Assembly: GCA_033442325.1 (NCBI GenBank)
Contig: JAWQFM010000001.1
Location: 3,204,235 to 3,268,234 of the forward strand
Length of the DNA: 64,000 bases
Source: Salpingoeca rosetta
Lineage: Eukaryota; Protista; Choanoflagellata
Direction of reading: 5' to 3'
Shown in pieces: positions 1 through 11,850 of the stretch. The notes under the pieces were generated by a model that was given only the letters and a program-made list of their open reading frames with translations, searched no databases and had not been told where the DNA came from. The first letter of the stretch is position 1, and each line of letters begins with the position of its first letter. Both the position numbers and the translations under genes were made by a program.

Positions 1-429
1 CAAGCTAAGTCCCCCAGAGCGGGACGAGCTTTCTCGCCAGCTGAAAGATCTGCTGCGAAAGGGCTTCATCAGGCCGTCATCCAGCCCATTTGCAGCCCCT
101 GTGCTCCTGGTCCGCAAAAAAGATGGCAGCATGCGGTTCTGCGTGGACTTCCGGCGCCTCAACCACATCAGCATCAAGGATCGTTATCCCTTACCAGATA
201 TGCTGTCTGTCTTGGCAAAATGCGCCGGCCACCGCCTGTATACGACACTGGACCTCTGTTCAGGATACCACCAGCTCCGAGTACACCCGCAAGATGAGGA
301 CACGACTGCCTTCGTTTGCGATGACGGCCAATTCGCCTGGCGAGTTATGCCATTTGGTATTGCTAACGGCCCACCTGTCTTCCAAAGGCTCATGGACCGT
401 GTCACTGCCGACATCCCTGGAGTTCTTGT
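1..429 (+). mobile_element. Ty3/Gypsy LTR retrotransposon pol fragment (reverse transcriptase N-half), interrupted by Copia insertion
   Basis: Frame 2 reads KGFIRPSSSPFAAPVLLVRKKDGSMRFCVDFRRLN...YPLP...TTLDLCSGYHQLRV...TAF...VMPFGIANGPPVFQRLM, the canonical Gypsy RT motifs. Similarity stops at ...DIPGVLV, where YxDD should follow. Confidence 0.93.
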
Positions 430-748
430 TGTTGACATCACTGTTCCAGTGTCAATGCTTGCTGAGTCAGCAAATTCTGCTGTAAACGTTTCTGTGCACG
501 TGCGCCCAGAAACGGGCGTTTCTGGTTGTTTTGCCACGTGGCACTTCTCTCTCTCCTCCAGTTTTCTGTCTATGTGTGAGAGTGTCTCTCAGTTCATGTT
601 CATTCATCCTACTCAAGTAAACACACACAACTTCCCCTTGCCAAGACAATCTCCCACACAACACACAGCACACTCTGCACACACACATACACACACACAC
701 ACACACACAAGTCTCCAACAACAGCACCATCACCATGAACTTACAACA
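430..748 (+). repeat. 5' LTR of Copia element (~319 bp)
   Basis: Starts TGTTG (430) and ends CAACA (744-748), a 5-bp terminal inverted repeat. It begins at the point where the Gypsy RT breaks and is immediately followed by a PBS-like sequence. No partner LTR is visible. Confidence 0.75.
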
Positions 749-759
749 GATTATGAGAC
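749..759 (+). promoter_or_regulatory. Primer binding site complementary to the tRNA-Met anticodon arm (half-tRNA priming)
   Basis: GATTATGAGAC directly abuts the LTR end. Its reverse complement GTCTCATAATC contains the CAT anticodon loop, analogous to the GGTTATG PBS of copia/Ty5. Confidence 0.7.
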
Positions 760-3700
760 CCAGTCCAATTAGCGCAGACGGCATCAAGGTCTTCGCTGGC
801 GCTGAGCAGGATGCCAACCTCTTCTTCATCACCGTCGAGGCCAAGCTCATCGCCGCTGGCATCGACGCTGGCATCATCGCCGAGGGTGGTGCTGACCACC
901 AAGGAGACGGGCAGGCTCCAGCAGCTGCCTCATCGCCGAGCCCAAGCACCCACGGTGCTTCGGGTCCCCGCACTCGCTCCCGCGCTCAACGCGGCCCGCG
1001 CCGCACTGGCGTCCGCCACGACGCGGGGGACCACGACGACGATGACGACGACGAGGGCGATGGCGACGACCACGGCGCTCAGCCATCTTCCTCCTCTTCC
1101 TCTCTCCCTTCTTCCGCCACTCCGAGCGGAGGAGCGCAGGTGGCGTCCCGAGCCTCTGGCCTGCTGGATCCCCGTGATCCACAGGTTGACGCAGCCATCT
1201 TCGCGTTCCTCCTTGGCGTCCTGACGGGACACCCGCTGCGGCTGGCCATCACCGACAACCGTGGCCGCTCCGGTGTGCTTGCGCTGCGCCGCCTCCGCGA
1301 GCGCTACATCCGCAGCGGCAAGGACCACGTCAGTCGTCTCAGGCAGCAGCTCTCCTCGACCACCTGGTTTGCCCACGGACACCGTCGACACGTTCATGTC
1401 CCGCATCACGGACATCAACTCGCAGCTCCTTGCTGCCGGCGTGTCCATCCCGGAGGACGACCTGCGCACCCTCGTCCGCAATGAACTCCCCGCGGAGTTT
1501 GATGTGGCGATGCGGTTCATGGAGCGCGAGGACCCGCCGCCATCGCTGTCCAAGATGACGGCGGACCTCATCCAGGAAGAGCGCCGCCTGCATCGTCCCA
1601 AGAAGCGCACGCCTGTGCTCGCCATCGGTGGGCCAGGCTCTGGCTCCTTCGCTGCATCGCCAATGCACGCTGGCACGTCGCCCTCCGACACGAGCGGTGG
1701 ACCATGCTGTCCACCTGCAGAGCGCGTGACTTGCGCGTTCTGCAACTTCCGCGGCCACTGCGCGCAGCAGTGCCGGCAAGCTGCAGGCGGCCAAGCGCTA
1801 CCACGTCATCGACGTGCGGCAGATTCCTGGCTACGCTGCGCAACCACGGCACCGCCAACGGCAAGCGGGCCAGGATCCTCTCGCCCGCAGCACGGACGAG
1901 CAGCTTCCTTTCGAAGAAGGGCGGCCGTCGTCAGGCAGCGGGCGCTTCGGCGGGGGAGAACTGTCGCCATCTACCACGATGCCGTCAGTGCTGCAGCCGG
2001 AGGGCGAAGAGGGCCACGCCATCGGACCAGTGCNNNNNNNNNNNNNNNNNNNNNNNNNNNNNNNNNNNNNNNNNNNNNNNNNNNNNNNNNNNNNNNNNNN
2101 NNNNNNNNNNNNNNNNNNNNNNNNNNNNNNNNNNNNNNNNNNNNNNNNNNNNNNNNNNNNNNNNNNNNNNNNNNNNNNNNNNNNNNNNNNNNNNNNNNNN
2201 NNNNNNNNNNNNNNNNNNNNNNNNNNNNNNNNNNNNNNNNNNNNNNNNNNNNNNNNNNNNNNNNNNNNNNNNNNNNNNNNNNNNNNNNNNNNNNNNNNNN
2301 NNNNNNNNNNNNNNNNNNNNNNNNNNNNNNNNNNNNNNNNNNNNNNNNNNNNNNNNNNNNNNNNNNNNNNNNNNNNNNNNNNNNNNNNNNNNNNNNNNNN
2401 NNNNNNNNNNNNNNNNNNNNNNNNNNNNNNNNNNNNNNNNNNNNNNNNNNNNNNNNNNNNNNNNNNNNNNNNNNNNNNNNNNNNNNNNNNNNNNNNNNNN
2501 NNNNNNCTAGGCCATCGCAGCAGCGCGGCCGTTGACGCCATCCGGCAGCAGATCGCCCAGGCCTCTTCCAAGCACATCGTCACCTGTGGACCATGTGCGC
2601 TTGGCAAGAGCACGCGCGCCTCCATCCCAAAGCAGTCTGCTCCACGTAGCGCTGGGCCATGCCAGCTGCTCTACGCCGACATCGCCGGTCCGCTGGAGGA
2701 GACGTCGCTGCGAGGTGCACGCTACGCGCTGACCTTCATCGACGACTGCACGCGTTTCGCCTGGACGTTTCTCATCCGGCACAAGAACGACGTCGGTGCG
2801 GCCCTGGAGCAGCTGCGCAAGGACCGTCACGTCATCAACGCGCTCCGAGGCGCCACGCTGCAGACGGACAGCGACGCCGTCTTCAAGAGCCAGGACTTCA
2901 CCGACCTGTGCCTGGCCTTCGACATCAAGCAGCGCTTCTCGCCACCGCACTCGCAGGCCAAGAACGGATCCGCGGAGCGCACCTTCCGCACCCTCTTTGA
3001 GACGGCGCGCACGATGCTGTTTGCTGCGGACCTGGACAAGCCGTTCTGGGGCTTCGCCGTGCAGCACGCCACGCTGCTGCACAACATCGCGCCACGCAGG
3101 AGCCTCAAGGACAAGTCACCGTTCGAGGCCCTGACTGGGCACGCCTTTGACGTCAGCCTGTTGCGCGTCTTCGGCTCGCCGACCTACGTGCATGTGGAGA
3201 AGAGCAGCACGCGGCACAAGCTTGACCCACGCTCACGCGTCGGCGTCTACGTCGGCTTCGCCGAGGAGGACCAGGCCCACGTCGTCTGGATGCCGGACAC
3301 GCGACGCGTTGTCCACACCATCCACGCTCGCTTCGGCGCCATCAAGAACAAGGACGCCGCCTCCTCTCAGCAGCAGCAAGAGCACAACAGCGGTGCCTCT
3401 GCTTCGCATGCCAATAAGACCGCTCAGCGTTCAACCGAGGACAGTGCCACCGGCGCTCCCACTGCACCACGTGCGGGGGAGCCGCAGCTCCAGCCACGCG
3501 CCCTTGGCGGCTCCGTCTGGGACCAGCTGCTGTTGTCCGAGACCCTCGGCGACAAGGACACCTCTGGTGGCTCAACCACCACGTGTCACGTTGCCACCAG
3601 CGCTGCTGGTACGGGGGAGAAGACATCAGCAGTGGGTGGTCATCTACCAGACATCGCTGTTGGCAGTGTTGCCACGTCAGCTGAGCCAGCCACCGTCAAG

Positions 3701-4994
3701 GAGGCGCTTGCCTCGCCAGACTCTGAGGAGTGGCGCCAAGCCATCCTGGACGAGTTTGCGGCAATGCAGGCCAATGACGTCTACGACGTCGTGCCTCGCG
3801 CTGACCTTCCCAAGGGCCACAAGCTGCTCCGCAGCATGGTCATCTTTCGGAGGAAGCGTGACGACCAGGGCAAGGTGATCAAGTACAAGGCGCGCTGGGT
3901 TGCCAAAGGCTACTCCCAGGTCCACGGTGTCAACTACACGGACACCTTTGCCCCGACGGCTACCATCGCAGCCATCCGCACCATGCTCGCCATGGCCGTC
4001 GCGCGTGGCATGGACATCCAGCAGATGGACGTCAACACGGCGTTCCTCAACGCGCCCGTGGATCACGAGATCTACGTCCAGCCACCGGCCGTCGACGGCA
4101 TCTTCTCGCCGAATACGGTCCTGCGCCTCAAGCGCGGGTTGTATGGCCTGAAGCAGAGCCCGCGCCTGTGGAACCACACGCTGGACGCCTGGATGCGCGA
4201 GCAGGACTTCATCGCCACAGCCACGGATGCCTGCATCTACCGCCGCACCTGCAAGGGTGGCAAGGTGATGTGGGTTGCCGTCTACGTGGACGACCTGCTC
4301 ATCTTCGCCGACAGCGACAGCGACATGGCCGCGTTCAAGAAGGCCATCTCCAAGCGCTTCAAGATGAAGGACCTGGGCAGCCCAGACATTTGTCTCGGCA
4401 TCAAGGTGCAGCACGNNNNNNNNNNNNNNNNNNNNNNNNNNNNNNNNNNNNNNNNNNNNNNNNNNNNNNNNNNNNNNNNNNNNNNNNNNNNNNNNNNNNN
4501 NNNNNNNNNNNNNNNNNNNNNNNNNNNNNNNNNNNNNNNNNNNNNNNNNNNNNNNNNNNNNNNNNNNNNNNNNNNNNNNNNNNNNNNNNNNNNNNNNNNN
4601 NNNNNNNNNNNNNNNNNNNNNNNNNNNNNNNNNNNNNNNNNNNNNNNNNNNNNNNNNNNNNNNNNNNNNNNNNNNNNNNNNNNNNNNNNNNNNNNNNNNN
4701 NNNNNNNNNNNNNNNNNNNNNNNNNNNNNNNNNNNNNNNNNNNNNNNNNNNNNNNNNNNNNNNNNNNNNNNNNNNNNNNNNNNNNNNNNNNNNNNNNNNN
4801 NNNNNNNNNNNNNNNNNNNNNNNNNNNNNNNNNNNNNNNNNNNNNNNNNNNNNNNNNNNNNNNNNNNNNNNNNNNNNNNNNNNNNNNNNNNNNNNNNNNN
4901 NNNNNNNNNNNNNNNNNNNNNNNNNNNNNNNNNNNNNNNNNNNNNNNNNNNNNNNNNNNNNNNNNNNNNNNNNNNNNNNNNNNNNNNNNNNNNN

Positions 4995-7900
4995 CTTCGC
5001 CCGGCTCTCAAAGCCATCGTATCCGACATGCGGAATGGCCGACTTGAGACAACATCACACGTAAGTCTCAACATGGTTGCGTATGCCATCGCCCGTGTGT
5101 AGTGCGCCGCGCTTGCTGTGCCTGAAACCCTGAGATTTCGCGCTGTGGACTTATGTACCATCTGGTGACGTTTTTTGTATGGTGACGCAGCGTACGCGGC
5201 GTCCAGGGCGCAAGCCTCGTGATCGCAATGGACGTGGCGATTGTGGCAAGAGCACCAAGCAGGGAAAACGTGGGCAGAAGCGACGCGGTCAAGATCAGAA
5301 CAAGAACCCAAGGTTTGCTCTTGCATAGCCTGCCTGCTGCGCTATGTTGCATGCGTTGTGTTTGTGCTGCGTGAACCGCTTGCCGTCTGCACCTGTGACT
5401 GAACCCTTGTCGCTTGGCCCTGCGCCCGCTCACACTTTGCCCTCTTCCAACTGCAATTATCGATGTTGGTGCACAACAGGGTGGCGGTCCTGATGCCCTT
5501 CAAGCGGCTTGGAGTGGAGCTGGAGCGCTCAAAGGTGCTGGAGATGTGCAGGTATGGCCGACAATGCGCTGAACTGCCTGACTGCTTCCTTCACTGCACC
5601 ATGCACCCTTCATCCCACTCTCGCACTTCATGCGAGGTTCGTGCCCGCGTGCGCAATCACACGCTCATGCATGCGCACACCCGCCCTGCCTTGTCACGCA
5701 CATCCACGCTTGACGCAGGTATGCTGGGCAGATGAAGTGCACTGCAACCACGGCACTCTACCTGCACATTCTGCGCACTGCGGAACAACACCACCGGGAA
5801 ATCCTCTCCACTCTGGCGGACCTCGCCCAGACCACAAGAAAGGAAATTGTGGAGCGCAAGGTCGCCTTCCGCGAGGCCCAGGAGCGTGCCGAAGGCGTCG
5901 AGGACCTCAAGAAGAAGAAGAAGAAGAAGGACCACAAGAAGTCCCGAGCGGCGTCGCCGTCTGACAACCCGTGCAAGAGGGCAAAAGGTGCAGCAGCAAC
6001 AACAGCAGCCACAGCAACAGCAGCCGCAGCAACAACACCGCCCGCCACTGCAACAACAGTCACAGCAGCAGCCACAGGCAAATCCCCAAGACCTGCCTAC
6101 TGCTTCCAGCACTTGGCGCCACAGCTGACAGCAGACAAGCTAAGCAACCTCTTCACCACACTGCGCAACCACAAAAAACATAGCCAGCATCCGATGCTGT
6201 CAATCCTCCGACAGCACGGCGTGGGGATACCGGACCCACCGAAATGGATGACGGCCACCATGGTATGTCTGTGCGCATGCTTGCGTGTTTGCCTTGTCTG
6301 CTTGATGACCCTCCTCGCATGCCTGCTGTTGCTACATCATGCATCGCGGTGTGTGTCCCCGCTCGACCAACGCGACACACACAACCAACTCATACACACA
6401 CAACCCAAACCAACTCACACGCGTGTTTGCACGTGCTCATCTTCACCACTTAGGCATACAAGCTGCTGAACCTGGCGTCCAAAGAGTTCACCCCGCTCCT
6501 CCAACGGGATCTCAAGAACAAGGCGAGAGCTGCTCAACGGCAACTGAAGAAGGTGGCGGAGCACCATGACGAAGGCGCGCGCTTCGCATGTGAGCACACG
6601 GCCGAGCTGGCCCTCTACATCGGCGCCGCGCAGCATCTTGCGAGGACCCTTGCACCGCCCGACACCGACTTGACCTCGTTCAAGATATTCCCCACATTCA
6701 CAAACAAGCACCCTTTCATACAACTAGATGCAGGACTACTACGGTACCTGACCTGCTGCAAGTGTGGCCGCCTCGGCCACTCCCAGCGCCAGTGCCGACA
6801 GCCTGCCGCAGTGCGACCACAGCCAAGGCAAGCTCTGTCCCTCCTCGATTTCCTCGGAGCAGACGTGGCCAGGCAGTTCCGGAAGCGTCGCGTCACGTCC
6901 ATCAGGACGGACGGCTACACGGCATACCTCCTAGTGGAGCCCAGCGCGCGCCGCGACACCGTCTGCGACACCAGCCCCATCACACCCGTGGTTGGGGTCG
7001 ACCCAGGCACCCGCATCCCGCTTGCCTGCGTTCGGATCCAAGATGGCAAAAAAATGATTGTGTCGCAGAAGCGAATAGTGAACCAGCTTTATACGGGGCG
7101 GGGACGGCGACACCACAAGCCAACGGCGACAGTGCCAGCAAGGTCAGGGGGTAGCGACGAGGGTGGGGAGCAGGGAGGGGCGATGGGGAAGGGGGAGACG
7201 GGGTCACGCAGGAAGAAGAGGGAGCGGGGCAAGCGGACGAAGAGGGAGAGGAGCAGGCGCAGGAAAGAGAAGGCACGGATTGAGAAGGAGGAGCAGCTGA
7301 GACGACAGCAGCAGGAGGAGCAGGGAGGCAGGGACAAGGGAGAGGGGCAGGAAGGNNNNNNNNNNNNNNNNNNNNNNNNNNNNNNNNNNNNNNNNNNNNN
7401 NNNNNNNNNNNNNNNNNNNNNNNNNNNNNNNNNNNNNNNNNNNNNNNNNNNNNNNNNNNNNNNNNNNNNNNNNNNNNNNNNNNNNNNNNNNNNNNNNNNN
7501 NNNNNNNNNNNNNNNNNNNNNNNNNNNNNNNNNNNNNNNNNNNNNNNNNNNNNNNNNNNNNNNNNNNNNNNNNNNNNNNNNNNNNNNNNNNNNNNNNNNN
7601 NNNNNNNNNNNNNNNNNNNNNNNNNNNNNNNNNNNNNNNNNNNNNNNNNNNNNNNNNNNNNNNNNNNNNNNNNNNNNNNNNNNNNNNNNNNNNNNNNNNN
7701 NNNNNNNNNNNNNNNNNNNNNNNNNNNNNNNNNNNNNNNNNNNNNNNNNNNNNNNNNNNNNNNNNNNNNNNNNNNNNNNNNNNNNNNNNNNNNNNNNNNN
7801 NNNNNNNNNNNNNNNNNNNNNNNNNNNNNNNNNNNNNNNNNNNNNNNNNNNNNNNNNNNNNNNNNNNNNNNNNNNNNNNNNNNNNNNNNNNNNNNNNNNN

Positions 7901-8743
7901 NNNNNNNNNNNNNNNNNNNNNNNNNNNNNNNNNNNNNNNNNNNNNNNNNNNNNNNNNNNNNNNNNNNNNNNNNNNNNNNNNNNNNNNNNNNNNNNNNNNN
8001 NNNNNNNNNNNNNNNNNNNNNNNNNNNNNNNNNNNNNNNNNNNNNNNNNNNNNNNNNNNNNNNNNNNNNNNNNNNNNNNNNNNNNNNNNNNNNNNNNNNN
8101 NNNNNNNNNNNNNNNNNNNNNNNNNNNNNNNNNNNNNNNNNNNNNNNNNNNNNNNNNNNNNNNNNNNNNNNNNNNNNCGCACTGCGGTGCGTCTGCTGAC
8201 CGAGACGTTGCTGCGCAAAGACTATCGCTGCGAGGTATGGTTCCATGTAGGCGAGCGTGTGCGTGTGTATGTGAATGCGTGTGTGTAAATATGTATGCGT
8301 GTATGCGTGTGTGCACGTGTGAATGCGTGTGTGCATGTGTGTATGCGAGTGTGCATGTGTGTACATGTGAGTGCATGAGTTTGTGCGTGAGCGCATGTGT
8401 GTGTGTGTGTGTGTAAATGCGTATGAGTGAGTGTAAATTGTATATATGTGTGTGTGTGTGCATGTGCGAGTGCATGTGTGCACACGTGTGTGTGTGTGTG
8501 TGCATGTGCATGTGCGAGTGCATGTGTGCACGTGTGTGCACGTGTGTGTGTGCTGTTCCGCAATCTCACCGCAATCGATGCGCCCGTGCCTTGTGGGTGT
8601 GCAGGTCCCTGGTGGAGGAGGCAAACGGTGAGCTTGGTCCGTGGCGTGGGTCCTCCGAGCCGGACGGTCCTGATATGGATAACGGGCTGGTGACAGTGTC
8701 GCGCCGCATGTGTCGCGAATGGAGCATAGCAAACGTGGGATGA
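4995..8743 (+). CDS. Fanzor1-like (eukaryotic TnpB) RuvC endonuclease, multi-exon, 5' end and middle in gaps
   Basis: Phase-consistent GT-AG exons 4995-5060, 5191-5312, 5480-5551, 5719-6262, 6454-7355(gap), 8178-8234, 8605-8743. Motifs: FKIFP..FIQLD, SIRTDGY (6898-6918), RuvC-I VVGVDPG (D at 7000-7002), Zn-finger half plus RuvC-III HCGASADRDVA (8180-8212). A 1-nt slip at ~8214 gives AKTIAAR, which splices in frame to SLVEEANGELGPWR...stop. Confidence 0.82.
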
Positions 8744-8799
<56 letters not shown>

Positions 8800-8830
8800 T
8801 TGTTGTTGTTGTTGTTGCTGCTGCTGCTGC
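8744..8830. repeat. (CTG/TTG)n trinucleotide microsatellite
   Basis: Directly visible after the Fanzor stop codon. Confidence 0.95.
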
Positions 8831-8962
8831 GTTCATCTTCGTGCTGCTGCTCTTGTTGTCGTGGTTGTTGCAGATGACTGCCGTTGCTTGTTCAAGCAGA
8901 ATCCCCTCACTAACGCCCCTCACACAAGTCTCATGCACGTGTGATGAACCTTGCCTTACACA

Positions 8963-9150
8963 GCATCGGCACCATCTGGGCCTCTAGCCTGGATGGTCTG
9001 GCGGCACACTCTGGTGCTCCAGAAGGGCTCACGCGTTCTTCTGGACCCGGATGAGGTCGCCATCCTTCCTGTCGGTCCGTTGGGCTGGCAGGAGGAAGGT
9101 ATGTTGTGGGGGTTACCACGCCACTCGTTGTCGGTTCGGGTGCCATGCAT
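8963..9150 (+). ncRNA. Candidate Fanzor omegaRNA scaffold (structured RNA)
   Basis: Hairpins 8971-8997 (11 bp), 9018-9045 (11 bp) and 9065-9095 (14 bp), enclosing stem 8999-9005/9056-9062 and possible closing stem 8963-8973/9139-9148. Many G-U pairs work only on the + strand. Lies just 3' of the Fanzor ORF. Confidence 0.45.
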
Positions 9151-9828
9151 TCAGTCAGTCAGACAGCCAGTCACGCCCTGTGTTGTGGTTGTGAACGATG
9201 GCATCAGAATGGACCCAAACTCGTCGCTCACGCATACACACGCACATGCACACACACGCACACGCGCGCGCACGCACACGCACACGCACATGCACACGCG
9301 CGCACGCACACGCACACGCACATGCACACGCGCGCACGCACACACACACACACACACATGCACACGCACACATACACGACGCACCTGGTTGAACGGACTG
9401 CGACTCGCACCGTTCCATGACTCTGGACGCTCCAACCAACAAACTCGTGGAACTGCGCCGGAACGGATGTCTCCCGCGTGCTGGCGTCCGCCTTGCTCTT
9501 GCCCTCGCCTTCGCCCTCTTCATTGTCTCTCCGCTCATCTGTTCGTGCGCTGGATATGATAACAATGATGCGTGTTCCATGCCGTCGTCCTCTTGCTCTC
9601 TTGCTGGCCGTGCGATTCGCGTGCCTGGCCATTCGTTGTCGCTGCTTGCGCTTGCTTTGTCGCCTCTCCTTCTCTCCTTCATTGCTTGCTCTGGTGATTA
9701 TCCTTCTTCCCCCCCGTTTTTTTTTCTTTTTGCGATTCGATGGGTGCGCAGACCGCGGTCATGCGCAGTTCAAACCTCGTTCTGCGTGTCGCCCGCGGTC
9801 ATTGTTGCTGTGCTGAGGAACAAAGACG

Positions 9829-11454
<1,626 letters not shown>

Positions 11455-11850
11455 CAGCAACCAGCGTTGTGTGTTGTTGTCGTGTCGTGTTACATTCCAT
11501 CACGTTGTTGCAGGAGAGCGTGCGTACACGGGAGGAGAGGGTTGTGTCTTGTATTGCTTTTTTCAGAACATAAACGGGGGTGGGGGAGTGCACAGCCAGT
11601 GAAACTAGAACAGACAACAACCAGAACACGATCCAAGGGCATCAACCGCGAGGGAGCCACGATGCGCGAGAAGTGGCCGCGTAAGCCTTCATGCGTTGGG
11701 GACAAAAGGGAGAAGGAAGACAGAACATCACGGGGTTGAGAGATTCAAACACGGTCAATTGAATGACTGCATAGGCAAGGAAGAAGGAAAAGCAGCTGCG
11801 AACGTGTGCGCCGGCTGCAAGATTCGGGTGCCTCGGGGAGCTGAGCGAGC

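Larger units (their letters stand above)
430..4415 (+). mobile_element. Ty1/Copia LTR retrotransposon (gag-pol, frameshifted, 3' end lost in gap)
   Basis: Gag-like region 735-1800 with CCHC knuckle CAFCNFRGHCAQQC. After gap 2034-2507: LGH...CGPCALGK pre-integrase, integrase core (YADIAGP, QTDSD, NGSAERT), SH3-like KLDPRSRVGVYVGF, then RT (KYKARWVAKGYSQ, QMDVNTAFLN, LYGLKQSPR, VYVDDL). The INT-before-RT order is Copia. Apparent frameshifts near 1370 and 1776. Confidence 0.95.

Noticed and set aside
1360-1780. Programmed frameshifting in Copia gag
   Set aside because: Two shifts with no clear slippery site, close to a contig end; decay or sequencing error is more likely.
6553-7355. Reading this ORF as a retroelement Gag because of its CCHC knuckle
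   Set aside because: The surrounding TDG, GVDPG and downstream CG..DRD motifs and the spliced structure fit Fanzor/TnpB, not Gag.
2034-8177. Long ORFs running through X stretches
   Set aside because: They are artefacts of N gaps; reading frame across a gap cannot be inferred.
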